Assembly: GCA_050251055.1 (NCBI GenBank)
Contig: JBFWNL010000001.1
Coordinates: 331,825-395,824, forward strand
Direction: 5' to 3'
DNA: 64,000 nucleotides
Source: Bacteriovoracia bacterium
GTDB lineage: Bacteria; Bdellovibrionota; UBA1018; JBFWNL01
The position numbers and the translations under genes were made by a program. This document shows, one piece after another, positions 48,970 through 57,981 of this stretch. Position 1 is the first letter of the stretch. Every line of letters begins with the position of its first letter. The notes under the pieces were generated by a model. The model was given only the letters and a program-made list of their open reading frames with translations. It made no database searches and had not been told where the DNA came from.

Positions 48970-50894
48970 GGGGCGGGAGGAAAGTAATTCCCTTTCGGAC
49001 CGATTTCGTGCCCAGCCGGGATCGGGGTCCCGAGCTCGTCCACGCGGAAGACATCGGTCGGCAGATTCAACGACTCGCGCAGGCGACCCATCGTCGCCGG
49101 CGCGAAAGGATACAGCATGATGAGCAGGTTTTTGAGCACGTAGAAGGCGCTGTAAAGCCCGTCGCGGCGTTGATCCTCCGGGAAGCGGTCATCGTGCGGT
49201 TTATATTGCGTGAAGATGCTGTTGATGGAGCGCGCGTAGTTCTCGATCGCGCCCAGAAGGCTCGCGTACTCGGCGCGGTCCATCGCCTTCACGTACCGGC
49301 GCACGATCTGCACCGTATCGGAGTGGATCTTATCGAGCAGCTTTCCTTCCGGTACCTTACCGCCGAATTTGGAGTGCACCGCGGAGATTGGTTTTTCAAA
49401 CGCCGCGTTCATGGGACCGGCAAGGAAGCGGTTGCGCTCATTCAAAGTTTCGATATCGAAATTCGAGGCTTTTTCCGCGAGGCTGAGCGTGGCCAGAAAA
49501 TAGCGAACCTGATCGGGATCGTAACCCTTTTCGTCGAGGAGCTGATCGCCGGTGTAAAAGTTTCCCTTGGACTTGCTCATCTTCTCGCCGTTCACCTGCA
49601 GATGGTAGACGCCGAAAATGTCCGTCAGCTGGTACTCGTTCTCGAGCGGCAACCGCAAAGGATCCGCCTGAGTGCCCAGCCACATCGCCCCCTGCATGAG
49701 GGTGTAGAAGAACACGTTGTCCTGGCCCAAGAATTGATAGACGCGCGCGCGGGGATTCTGCCAAAACTCGGCGTAGCGCGCGGGGTCGCGCCCACTCGCT
49801 TTAAGGGACACCTGCGAAAAGGAAATGGGGGCAATGAGCGAGTCCGGCCAAACGTAGAGCGTCTTGCCCTTCATGTCGGGATCCACGTCCTCGGGGATGG
49901 GAATTCCCCAGCTCACGTCACGCGTAATCGAGCGGTGTGCCCACTCGTTCACGAGCTCGGTCGGGATCTTCAGCTGCGTCTCCAGCTCGGCCCGGCCCTT
50001 CTCCATGTCTGCGCGCGTATCAAACTGCAGCGCGATTTTCTTGCCGGGCGCGTACCGAGGCTTGTGCTTCGGTAACGTCGCTTTCATCGCCTTGTAGGCG
50101 TCCTCATGTACGGCGTCGAAACGGAAAGCCGGGAGCAGGGTTCCCAACACTTCGGCCAGTACGGGCTTGCGCCAGGTGTTTTCCTTCGTTTGAATCCACT
50201 GGCGCAGCACCTCGGCGACCTTCCACATATCGAGCCAAAGGTGGGCGGTCTCCTTCATGACCGGTACGGCGTCGCTGATGGCGCTCTTGGGGTTCAGCAA
50301 CGAAGAGGACGGATATTGCATGCCGCAGCTATCGCACTCATCGCTGTAGGCGCCTTCGTTCGTGCACTTGGGATTCGGGCACCGGCCCTTCACGTAACGA
50401 TCCGGCAGAAAGCGGTTAAGCTTGGGATCAAACCACTGTTCCGTCACGCGTTTTTCAAGCATGCCGTTTCCGTGGAGCTTGCGAATGAAGTCCTGGGCGA
50501 TTTTTTCGTGGATGGGGTAGCACTCGGGACGGGAGGTGCCGGTGTAAAGCTCCACGCCGATCCCGTAACGCCGAAGCGTCGCCGCCTGCTTATCGTGCGT
50601 GCGGTCGATGAATTCGCGGATGGTAACGCCCGCCTGGATCGCCGCCACTTCGCTGGTCGACCCGTGATCGTCGGTGCCATTCACGAAGAGAACGTTTTCC
50701 CGTCCGATGAGCATGCCCATCCAGCGCGAGAAAATATCGGCCGGCACGTGCGCGCCCGCCAGATGCCCGATGTGCAGCGGCCCGTTGGCGTAGGGCATCC
50801 CCGCCGTCACGACGACGCGTTCGGGTCGATTGACCGTACGCAGCACGGATGGGACATCCGTGGGCGGTCCGCGATTTTCTCCGGGATTGCCCAT
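48966..50894 (-). CDS. metG: Divergent methionyl-tRNA synthetase homologue
   Basis: PYANGPLHIGH, Zn knuckles (CPNPKC, CDSC), ITRDVSWG, YVWPD, KMSKS; no C-terminal tRNA-binding domain. Confidence 0.85.
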   Translation of the reverse strand: MGNPGENRGPPTDVPSVLRTVNRPERVVVTAGMPYANGPLHIGHLAGAHVPADIFSRWMGMLIGRENVLFVNGTDDHGSTSEVAAIQAGVTIREFIDRTHDKQAATLRRYGIGVELYTGTSRPECYPIHEKIAQDFIRKLHGNGMLEKRVTEQWFDPKLNRFLPDRYVKGRCPNPKCTNEGAYSDECDSCGMQYPSSSLLNPKSAISDAVPVMKETAHLWLDMWKVAEVLRQWIQTKENTWRKPVLAEVLGTLLPAFRFDAVHEDAYKAMKATLPKHKPRYAPGKKIALQFDTRADMEKGRAELETQLKIPTELVNEWAHRSITRDVSWGIPIPEDVDPDMKGKTLYVWPDSLIAPISFSQVSLKASGRDPARYAEFWQNPRARVYQFLGQDNVFFYTLMQGAMWLGTQADPLRLPLENEYQLTDIFGVYHLQVNGEKMSKSKGNFYTGDQLLDEKGYDPDQVRYFLATLSLAEKASNFDIETLNERNRFLAGPMNAAFEKPISAVHSKFGGKVPEGKLLDKIHSDTVQIVRRYVKAMDRAEYASLLGAIENYARSINSIFTQYKPHDDRFPEDQRRDGLYSAFYVLKNLLIMLYPFAPATMGRLRESLNLPTDVFRVDELGTPIPAGHEIGPKGNYFPPAP

Positions 50895-50973
50895 AGTTAC
50901 CAAAACTCACTATAAACCTTGGTCCCCAGACGTGCCAGCCTCTTTTGCGCTAAAAATGCTATATAAAGGATGC

Positions 50974-52095
50974 ATGCCTTTACCGACGTGGCCCACGCCG
51001 TCCACTCTCCCCACGCGCAAAATTATCCACGTCGATATGGACGCCTTCTATGCCTCGGTGGAGCAGCACGATCATCCAAAATACCGCGGCAAGCCCATCA
51101 TCGTAGGAGGATCGCCAAAAAGCCGGGGTGTCGTCTGCGCCGCCAGCTACGAGGCCCGCAAATTCGGCGTACGCTCGGCCATGCCCTGTGCCCAAGCCGC
51201 TCGCCTGTGCCCCCAGGGGATCTTCGTTCCGCCGCGCTTCGAGCGTTACGTGGAGATCTCCCGCCAAGTACACGATATTTTTTGGGACTATTCCGGCCAA
51301 GTGGAGTCATTGGGACTGGATGAAGCTTACGTCGACGTCACGGAAAATCTGCGACGACTTCCCTCGGCAACGGCGACCGCAAACGAGATTCGCGCGCGAA
51401 TCTTCGAAACCACCGGCCTCACCGCTTCGGCCGGCGTGGCCGCGAACAAGATGCTCGCCAAGATCGCCTCCGACCTCAAGAAACCCAACGGTTTGACGGT
51501 GATCACGCCGACCCGAGCCGCGGTCGTACTGCGAGATCTGCCCGTACGAAAACTCCCAGGCGTGGGGCCCGTCACCGAAGAAAAGCTCATCAAAATGGGG
51601 TACGCCACGGCCGGGGCGTTAGCCCAGGCTTCCGAAGCGGAGCTGCACGGCGCTTTGGGCAAGATGGGCGGATGGCTCTACCGGGTCTCCCAGGGCCGAG
51701 ACGATCGCGAGGTAAGCTCGGAGCGCGAGCGAAAGTCCGTAGGCAGCGAGGACACTTTTTCCGTCGACTTACTGGACCTGCAAGACATGCACGCGGTGCT
51801 GGCTCGCCTGGCCCGGCAGGTGGCGGATCGGCTGGTGGCCAAGGATCTGCTCGCGCGCACGGTGACGCTGAAGGTGAAGTATGATGATTTCACGCAGAAC
51901 ACGCGCAGCCAAACGCTCTTGCATCCCGCCGCCGATGCGGAACTTTTTCGCGAGACCGCCTGCCAGCTTTTACAAGCCACCGAAGCCGGGCGAAGGCCCA
52001 TTCGCCTTTTGGGGATCGGGCTCTCGCAGCTAGGCGCGCCCGGAGAACCGCCCATTCGGCGTACGCCGATTCAGATGGAATTTGCATTTGTTTGA
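50974..52095 (+). CDS. dinB: DNA polymerase IV
   Basis: HVDMDAFYASVE, SYEARKFGV, LDEAY, KIASDLKKPNG. Confidence 0.96.
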   Translation: MPLPTWPTPSTLPTRKIIHVDMDAFYASVEQHDHPKYRGKPIIVGGSPKSRGVVCAASYEARKFGVRSAMPCAQAARLCPQGIFVPPRFERYVEISRQVHDIFWDYSGQVESLGLDEAYVDVTENLRRLPSATATANEIRARIFETTGLTASAGVAANKMLAKIASDLKKPNGLTVITPTRAAVVLRDLPVRKLPGVGPVTEEKLIKMGYATAGALAQASEAELHGALGKMGGWLYRVSQGRDDREVSSERERKSVGSEDTFSVDLLDLQDMHAVLARLARQVADRLVAKDLLARTVTLKVKYDDFTQNTRSQTLLHPAADAELFRETACQLLQATEAGRRPIRLLGIGLSQLGAPGEPPIRRTPIQMEFAFV

Positions 52096-52109
52096 TTTAT
52101 GATTCGGGA

Positions 52110-52559
52110 ATGCTGACTCCTGATTTCGTTTTTCAAATCGCCAGCAACCTCGCCCTGCCGGGTTGGCTAGCCCTCGCCTTCTGGCCGCACTCGCGCGCCA
52201 CCGAATGGCTGACCGGCAAGGCGCTACTACCCCTCGCGCTATCGGCGCTCTACTTCGCGGCGCTGGCGGTCGGAGTCACCGCTCCCGGAGGGGCCCAAGG
52301 CGGCTTTGATTCGCTAGCGAACGTGAAGCTGCTCTTTCAAAACGACTGGGCGCTGCTCGCGGGCTGGATCCACTATCTGGCGTTTGACCTGTTGATCGGC
52401 GACCGCATCGTCGGGGAGCTGGAGCGCGCGGGACGAAACCGCTGGTACTGGCGCGTGCCCCTGCTGTTTCTTACGTTGATGCTGGGCCCCGTGGGATTCC
52501 TGGTTTCGCGACCGGTAGTAAGGGCGACGCCTGGACCCATGCCCGGGCCCGTGCGATGA
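52110..52559 (+). CDS. ABA4-like (DUF4281) membrane protein
   Basis: LAGWIHYLAFDL, LMLGPVG. Confidence 0.88.
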   Translation: MLTPDFVFQIASNLALPGWLALAFWPHSRATEWLTGKALLPLALSALYFAALAVGVTAPGGAQGGFDSLANVKLLFQNDWALLAGWIHYLAFDLLIGDRIVGELERAGRNRWYWRVPLLFLTLMLGPVGFLVSRPVVRATPGPMPGPVR

Positions 52560-53332
52560 CAAGTTTCATCGCGGCCGTCCGCGAATCCAGTCGCGCGCTC
52601 TATTTGGCCATGCAAGGTCACGCGGTATTGGCCGTGCTCACCCTTCCCGGAATTTTTTTCGACTCACGCCAGGTGACCGGCCTCAATCCGTGGTTCAAGC
52701 CACTCAAGTTCGATCTCTCGATCTTGATCTATGCCGCAACGATGGCCTGGGTGATTCGTGGATTTTCGGAGCCCTGGCGCCGATCCGTGGGCCGGCAAAT
52801 CGCAGTGTGTATGTGGGTAGAGATCGTGTTGATCTATATCCAGGCCGCCCGGGGAGTAGGCTCGCACTTCAATGTTGCGCACCCCCTCGACGGCGCCGTA
52901 TTTACGGTGATGGGCCTCTTCATTCTCTACAATACTCTGCAAATCGCGCGCGTGGCGTGGGCCTGGTTTCGTCGACCTCCCGCCGCCCCGCCGATCTATC
53001 GCTTGGCCGTGCGCTGGGGACTTGTGTCCTTACTGATCGGCAGCGCTTTGGGGGGCTACATGTCGGCGCAGATGGGGCATACGGTGGGCGCGCCCGACGG
53101 GGGCCCAGGGCTTCCGTGGTTGAACTGGAGCACGCAGGCAGGCGATCTGCGGGTGGCACACTTCTTCGGGTTACACGGGATCCAAATTTTCTTGATCCTC
53201 GGCCTTTGGCTCACGCGCCGAAATCAGGCACGCGCCGGCTGGATTTTACACGCCGTCGGGGTGATTTTCGTGCTCGTGGTCGGATGGGCGTTCACGGAAG
53301 CGCGGGCGGGTCGGCCGCTGCTGCCGGGATAA
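52556..53332 (+). CDS. Membrane protein coupled to the ABA4-like gene
   Basis: WFKPLKF, QAARGVGSHFN, HTVGAPDGGPGLP..WS..GDLRVAHFFGLH; ATGA overlap. Confidence 0.8.
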   Translation: MTSFIAAVRESSRALYLAMQGHAVLAVLTLPGIFFDSRQVTGLNPWFKPLKFDLSILIYAATMAWVIRGFSEPWRRSVGRQIAVCMWVEIVLIYIQAARGVGSHFNVAHPLDGAVFTVMGLFILYNTLQIARVAWAWFRRPPAAPPIYRLAVRWGLVSLLIGSALGGYMSAQMGHTVGAPDGGPGLPWLNWSTQAGDLRVAHFFGLHGIQIFLILGLWLTRRNQARAGWILHAVGVIFVLVVGWAFTEARAGRPLLPG

Positions 53333-53639
53333 CCGGGGCCTTCGCGCAACTCACTTCGACCGTGTAGGGCGTGAAGATCCCGACGCTCACAACCGTCAGC
53401 AAAGTGGACGCTGCGGATTGCTCCGTTTTGTTCCTCGCCCATCGCCCCGGACACGGCCGGGAGAGATCCTCGGGCGCATGCATTTCATAAAGCGATAGTA
53501 AAATCACGTCGTGGGTGTTCGCGTAGCTCGCGACGAAGGGATTCGTCTCATCGATCTCGGGCAGAGGACCGTTACTAAAGTAGGTGGTGGAGCATCCCAT
53601 CGAGAATAATAGCGCCAGCGCGGAACCGAGCTTGGTCAT
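53292..53639 (-). CDS. Bor/Iss-like small lipoprotein
   Basis: MGC lipobox, Cys pair, GIFTPYTVEVSC. Confidence 0.7.
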   Translation of the reverse strand: MTKLGSALALLFSMGCSTTYFSNGPLPEIDETNPFVASYANTHDVILLSLYEMHAPEDLSRPCPGRWARNKTEQSAASTLLTVVSVGIFTPYTVEVSCAKAPVIPAAAADPPALP

Positions 53640-53968
53640 GTCCGATCCCCCACGCCGCACCAGACCTTCGCCGTCCGAGGAGAAAAAATCATCAGGGTAA
53701 AAATTCGGACCAACACATCCGAGGGAGTGAACTGGGTTTGCATCTGTAAGACGTCACGATTCCCGCACGCCCACTGGACGTCCACATGATGCTCGCCAAC
53801 GATCCCGCCCAAAAAAAACACGTGAGTGCGCTCCCAAGTGGGTGGACCCGCGATTTTTTCGGCGCCATCGGGGCGAAGGGTGACGGTGCCGCACCCAATC
53901 ACCGCGATGCCTAAGGTACCGACGAAAGTACCGCGGAGAATCCTCTTCAGCACTAAGACCGCTCTCAT
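53636..53968 (-). CDS. Bor/Iss-like small lipoprotein
   Basis: IGC lipobox, FFLGGIVG..VD...C, IFSPRTAKVWC. Confidence 0.75.
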   Translation of the reverse strand: MRAVLVLKRILRGTFVGTLGIAVIGCGTVTLRPDGAEKIAGPPTWERTHVFFLGGIVGEHHVDVQWACGNRDVLQMQTQFTPSDVLVRIFTLMIFSPRTAKVWCGVGDRT

Positions 53969-54194
53969 GCCCAAATGATAACGTGAATCGCCACCCAGCA
54001 CCACGCGGATGAGTATTTTCCTCAGAACCCGCAGAGCCCTATGACGCCCACTTTCGAAACGAGAGAATGTCGAAAAAAACCCTAAGTTGAATATTGACTT
54101 AGATTTCATCCTACTTTAAACCGTCGAAAGTCTGTCCTGAGAGTAGCGCTACTTCCTCGGCATCAAGTCAGCCTGATCCACCCAGGAGGTAAAC

Positions 54195-54647
54195 ATGTGC
54201 TTTTCCTTTTTGAATTTTTTCCCACTATTTGCTCTAACTTTCTCTTCGCTTTCAGCTTTCGCCGCTACTCCGTTCGAAGAATTTAAAGGCACCTACGAAA
54301 TCAAAAAAATAATCTCCGACAAGCGCCGCATTTCTCAATCCGATGTCGTAACCATAGATTCGGAAGATGATGACGCTTCGATCCTAGTGCGAGACCGCGC
54401 GTCGGCAGCCGTTCGCTATCAAATGGCATTGCGAGAATGGCGCATAGAAGGCGAAGGCCGATATAGCGTGGCCGAGTTTGAGTCTAAGGACGGGAAGGCT
54501 TCCTGGCGCTGGGTATCGAATTATTCCCGTCGTTCCGTGGAAATCTCTCCGCTGGAAGGGGATTTATTCTTCATCACGCTAACGAACCCTTCGGAGCAGT
54601 GGTTTGTAAAAGAAAGCTATAGCTTAGTGGTGAAACGTATACGATAG
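54195..54647 (+). CDS. Secreted hypothetical protein, lower GC than surroundings
   Basis: AGGAGGT RBS, signal AFA/AT, 150 aa. Confidence 0.7.
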   Translation: MCFSFLNFFPLFALTFSSLSAFAATPFEEFKGTYEIKKIISDKRRISQSDVVTIDSEDDDASILVRDRASAAVRYQMALREWRIEGEGRYSVAEFESKDGKASWRWVSNYSRRSVEISPLEGDLFFITLTNPSEQWFVKESYSLVVKRIR

Positions 54648-54673
54648 AGCGCTCCGCGTTCCATCGTCTTACT

Positions 54674-54806
54674 CCAGCCATCTCTCCGTTCTATTTTAAA
54701 ATCCGAGTCGCGGGGGTGTCCCGGCCCAGGATGGGAAAAAGGGTCAAGCCCATGGATGGGCGTCCCTCGTGAGTCGGATTTTAAAATAGAACGGAGAAAT
54801 GGCTGG
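54674..54806 (+). repeat. Dispersed GGA-hairpin element, copy B (43-bp inverted arms)
   Basis: ccagccatctctccgttctattttaaaatccgagtcgcggggg pairs with ccctcgtgagtcggattttaaaatagaacggagaaatggctgg around ccc-AGGAT-ggg and gccc-ATGGAT-gggc. Confidence 0.85.
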
Positions 54807-54873
54807 GGAACTAGGATTCGAACCTAGATAGCCAGAGTCAGAGTCTGGAGTCCTACCATTGGACGATTCCCCA
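54800..54873 (-). tRNA. tRNA-Gln (anticodon CTG)
   Basis: Minus strand TGGGGAATCGTCCAATGGTAGGACT-CCAGA-CTCTGAC-TCTGG-CTAT-CTAGGTTCGAATCCTAG-TTCCCCAGCCA; encoded CCA end. Confidence 0.97.
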
Positions 54874-54919
54874 ATACCGAAAGGAAAACCGCGTATTTAG
54901 CGTAAAGCGTCGGGGTTGT

Positions 54920-55456
54920 CTAGCCGCCGACGTGGATGGTGCTTAAGACCTGCAGACACGCCGGGGAAGGCGTGTTTTCCAGCACAAAGAGCGAGATAAA
55001 CGGCAGGACGGAGGCCTGCGGGTAGTGCGCGAGGCTGAAGCTGGGCGTTTGCGGTGAAGGCGCGCAGCTCAAGCGCCCCACGGCCGCGAGGCACTCCGAG
55101 ATCTCCGCCGGATTGGAGTACAAGACCCGATCGAGCTCCCGTTGATGGAGAGCGCCTACCGTGAACGGATCGCCGTTGGCGTCCGCGACGGGATAGCCCA
55201 GGACCGCCAGCAGGCCCGGATTGACTTCGGCCCGGAAGATCGAGCGATAGCAGAGCGGCGGATCCACCTGGTTGCATTCGCGCAGGTGCTCGCAAAAACC
55301 CGATACCAAGAGACTCATGGCCGTGCCCCCGGTCGGATTACCCGTGATGGTCCCGGTCTGGCTCGTGGGATTGCTTCCCGCGCAGCCCGTGATCCAGGCC
55401 AGCGCCAAGCCCACCACGACGGATCCCACTCTCATTTTCCCGAAGAGAGACTTCAT
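54920..55456 (-). CDS. Cys-rich lipoprotein with TxTGNP motif
   Basis: ITGC lipobox, GTITGNP, six further Cys. Confidence 0.75.
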   Translation of the reverse strand: MKSLFGKMRVGSVVVGLALAWITGCAGSNPTSQTGTITGNPTGGTAMSLLVSGFCEHLRECNQVDPPLCYRSIFRAEVNPGLLAVLGYPVADANGDPFTVGALHQRELDRVLYSNPAEISECLAAVGRLSCAPSPQTPSFSLAHYPQASVLPFISLFVLENTPSPACLQVLSTIHVGG

Positions 55457-55478
55457 TTCCTACCCTCGTGCTTAAAAA

Positions 55479-55853
55479 TCAGATCGCGCCGCGATCCAGC
55501 GGATCGAGCAAAATGTAACGACAGTTGCGGTCGTCAGAAGCGCGCTCGCGCACCCACACGTTGACGAATGCCGAGACGTCCTGCGGATCCACTACGCCAT
55601 TGCCGTCGAAGTCGGCGCGCGAAAGGCCGGCCTGAAATGCCGCATTCATCGCATCGATGTCCGCTGGGGTCAGCCGGCCATCTCGATCAAAGTCAGCGCA
55701 AAAGGCCGGCGAATAGAGAGATTCCGTACCCGGCGCATCGTTCCCACCGACGGAAACCGAAGACTGCTGCCCCGGTATCGATAGACCGCAGCCCATGCCC
55801 AGAAGTAGCATCGCCAGAAATCCGGCTAGTTGCCGAGTACTCTGTTTAATCAT
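55479..55853 (-). CDS. Lipoprotein with dockerin/EF-hand-like Ca-binding pair
   Basis: GMGC lipobox; CADFDRDGRLTPADI...ADFDGNGVVDPQDV. Confidence 0.75.
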   Translation of the reverse strand: MIKQSTRQLAGFLAMLLLGMGCGLSIPGQQSSVSVGGNDAPGTESLYSPAFCADFDRDGRLTPADIDAMNAAFQAGLSRADFDGNGVVDPQDVSAFVNVWVRERASDDRNCRYILLDPLDRGAI

Positions 55854-55928
55854 GAATGGCCCCCGTAATACTGTATTAATATAATACACTATAATGAAGG
55901 CGGGCGCTGGATTTCTAAGCCGGGTGGG

Positions 55929-57830
55929 TCACGCCGGACCCGCTAGGTAGGCATCCGCCAAGGTCTCGCACTCGTTAACGATTCCTTCGACGATGGCAAT
56001 GCTCTCTTCCCAAAACTTGGGCTTCGTCAAATCCACCTGCAGATGTCGAAGGGCGAGATCCTCGGCCGTGGCCCGGCCACAGTCAGCCAGTAACGAGCGA
56101 TAGGCGGTGAAGAACTCCTCCGCACGCGCGCCGCGCTTCCGACGTTGGGCGTACACGCCTACCGCGAAGAGATATCCGAAGACGTAGGGGAAGTTATAAA
56201 AGCGAACGTCCGTATAGTTGAAGTGCGGCTTACTCGCCCAAAACATGCGATCGACATCGGAGATGCTGTCCCCGTACGCCTCGCGCCAGGCGGCTTCCAT
56301 CGACTGCTTGAGATCGGCCGGAGAAAAATCCCGCGTTTTGATCCGTTCGTAGAAATCTTTCTCGAAAATATAGCGCGCGGGCAGGTTCAATAAAAACGTG
56401 CCGACGTTACCGAGCTCGATCCATCCGGCGCGTAGCCGATCCAGATCATTCTGGGCCGATCGGGAGAGAAAGTCGGCGAACAGATTCTCGCTGAAAATGC
56501 TCGCGGTCTCGGCGAGCGTCAGCGGATACGTGGACTCGACCAGGGTTTGATCACGCACGACCCATGCATGATAAGCGTGCCCCATTTCGTGGGCCAACGT
56601 CTTCACGTGGTACATCGACCCCATATAGGTCATAAAGATTCGCGGCTCGCCAGCGGCGGCAAAACGCGTGCAATAGGCACCCGACTTCCGGCTCGGCCCC
56701 ACCCCCGCCTCGATCCAATTCTCCTTCACCATGCGATCGACGAACGAACCCATCTCGGGACTCAGATCCTGATAGGCCGCGCGAATCATACGGATCGCTT
56801 CTGAAAAAACGTATTTTTCGGCCTTCTCCGGATTTTTCTCCGGAAACGGCGCCCCCCCGTCCCACGGGTCGAGGCAAGGCTTGCCCAAGAGCTTAGCCTT
56901 CAAGCGCAAAGCGCGCCGGCCCACGGGAAAACCCCGGTGCTTCACGGCTTCCATCATGGCGTCGAGCGAGGCGCGCGAAATGCGCCCGGCATGCACGGCA
57001 TCATCCAAAAAATGCACGGGATGCGTATGCGAACGACGAGCATCCACCTCGTGCCGCCAAAGCGCCAGATTCTTCAAGATCGCCGCGAAGGTTTCTTCCT
57101 GGGCCTCGAAAGCCCGCTGCACGGCGAAGAATGAAGACTTACGCACGCGATCCAAATGCGAGTTCGCGTAACCCAAGGCTTCGGCCACGCCCATCTGACG
57201 TACACCATCCCCGGTATCCACTTCGCACTGCAGGGAACCCGAAACGGCGTAGTACAGCCGCTCCCACGCCTGAAATCCCGGCAGCGCGAGCCCCGAAATC
57301 AAGCGCTCCTCCTTCAACGAGAGCAGGCTCGCTTTCTCTTTGCGCAGGTGGGAAATAAAAAACCGCTCATACTGCACGGCCGGATCTTGGAAGTACTCGT
57401 CGACGAGCGCGTCGGGGATGGAGATCAGGAACTGGTTTACCGGTTCGATCGCCTGCCCGTAGGCCGCCCACATTTTTTGGTATTCCGTGGTGAGCTCGCG
57501 CGCCCGCTGGTGCTTTGTATCCACGGAGGCGGCGCAGTTGACGAAAACTTCGAAGTCCCAGCACCCTCGAAAAACCGCTTCCCGCATCCGGGACGCTTCG
57601 CGCGCTTTCAGTAGATAGGGGCGTCCCTCCTCCAGGGTCATTTCCGGAGCGCGTCCGATCAGCGGCCCAGTGAACCCTTCCGAAAGCTTCGCCAGTTGCC
57701 GAATACGCGCCTCGTTCGCCTGAATGGCTTGCCGAAAACTAGCTGCCTCAAGCGAGGCATGAATCCGTGTGTTGTCCCAACGAGGGGCTCCCAAGGCGTC
57801 TAACTCCGAGGGGCTATGCTGTCCATCCAT
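55929..57830 (-). CDS. pepF: M3B oligoendopeptidase F
   Basis: KSGAYCT, TLAHEMGHAYH, LAETASIFSE, FYNFPYVFG. Confidence 0.9.
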   Translation of the reverse strand: MDGQHSPSELDALGAPRWDNTRIHASLEAASFRQAIQANEARIRQLAKLSEGFTGPLIGRAPEMTLEEGRPYLLKAREASRMREAVFRGCWDFEVFVNCAASVDTKHQRARELTTEYQKMWAAYGQAIEPVNQFLISIPDALVDEYFQDPAVQYERFFISHLRKEKASLLSLKEERLISGLALPGFQAWERLYYAVSGSLQCEVDTGDGVRQMGVAEALGYANSHLDRVRKSSFFAVQRAFEAQEETFAAILKNLALWRHEVDARRSHTHPVHFLDDAVHAGRISRASLDAMMEAVKHRGFPVGRRALRLKAKLLGKPCLDPWDGGAPFPEKNPEKAEKYVFSEAIRMIRAAYQDLSPEMGSFVDRMVKENWIEAGVGPSRKSGAYCTRFAAAGEPRIFMTYMGSMYHVKTLAHEMGHAYHAWVVRDQTLVESTYPLTLAETASIFSENLFADFLSRSAQNDLDRLRAGWIELGNVGTFLLNLPARYIFEKDFYERIKTRDFSPADLKQSMEAAWREAYGDSISDVDRMFWASKPHFNYTDVRFYNFPYVFGYLFAVGVYAQRRKRGARAEEFFTAYRSLLADCGRATAEDLALRHLQVDLTKPKFWEESIAIVEGIVNECETLADAYLAGPA

Positions 57831-57981
57831 GTAGTCTTAGCGTACCCCACCCGGCCGATCCTTACACATAGATTTTATCGCCTAATTCCCGCTACTTAAC
57901 CGAAGTAAAACGGAGGCCCGCAGATTGACTCCGGACCGGTTAGAGGGTACAACGCACCGCACCTTAATGGTGGAGATAAGC

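Noticed and set aside
50895-50973. LexA/SOS box upstream of dinB
   Set aside because: No recognisable dyad in the short divergent intergenic region
54100-54873. Genomic island or prophage att site at tRNA-Gln
   Set aside because: The tRNA 3'-end match is inverted and only 7 nt; no direct repeat or integrase seen, although the neighbouring gene is lower in GC
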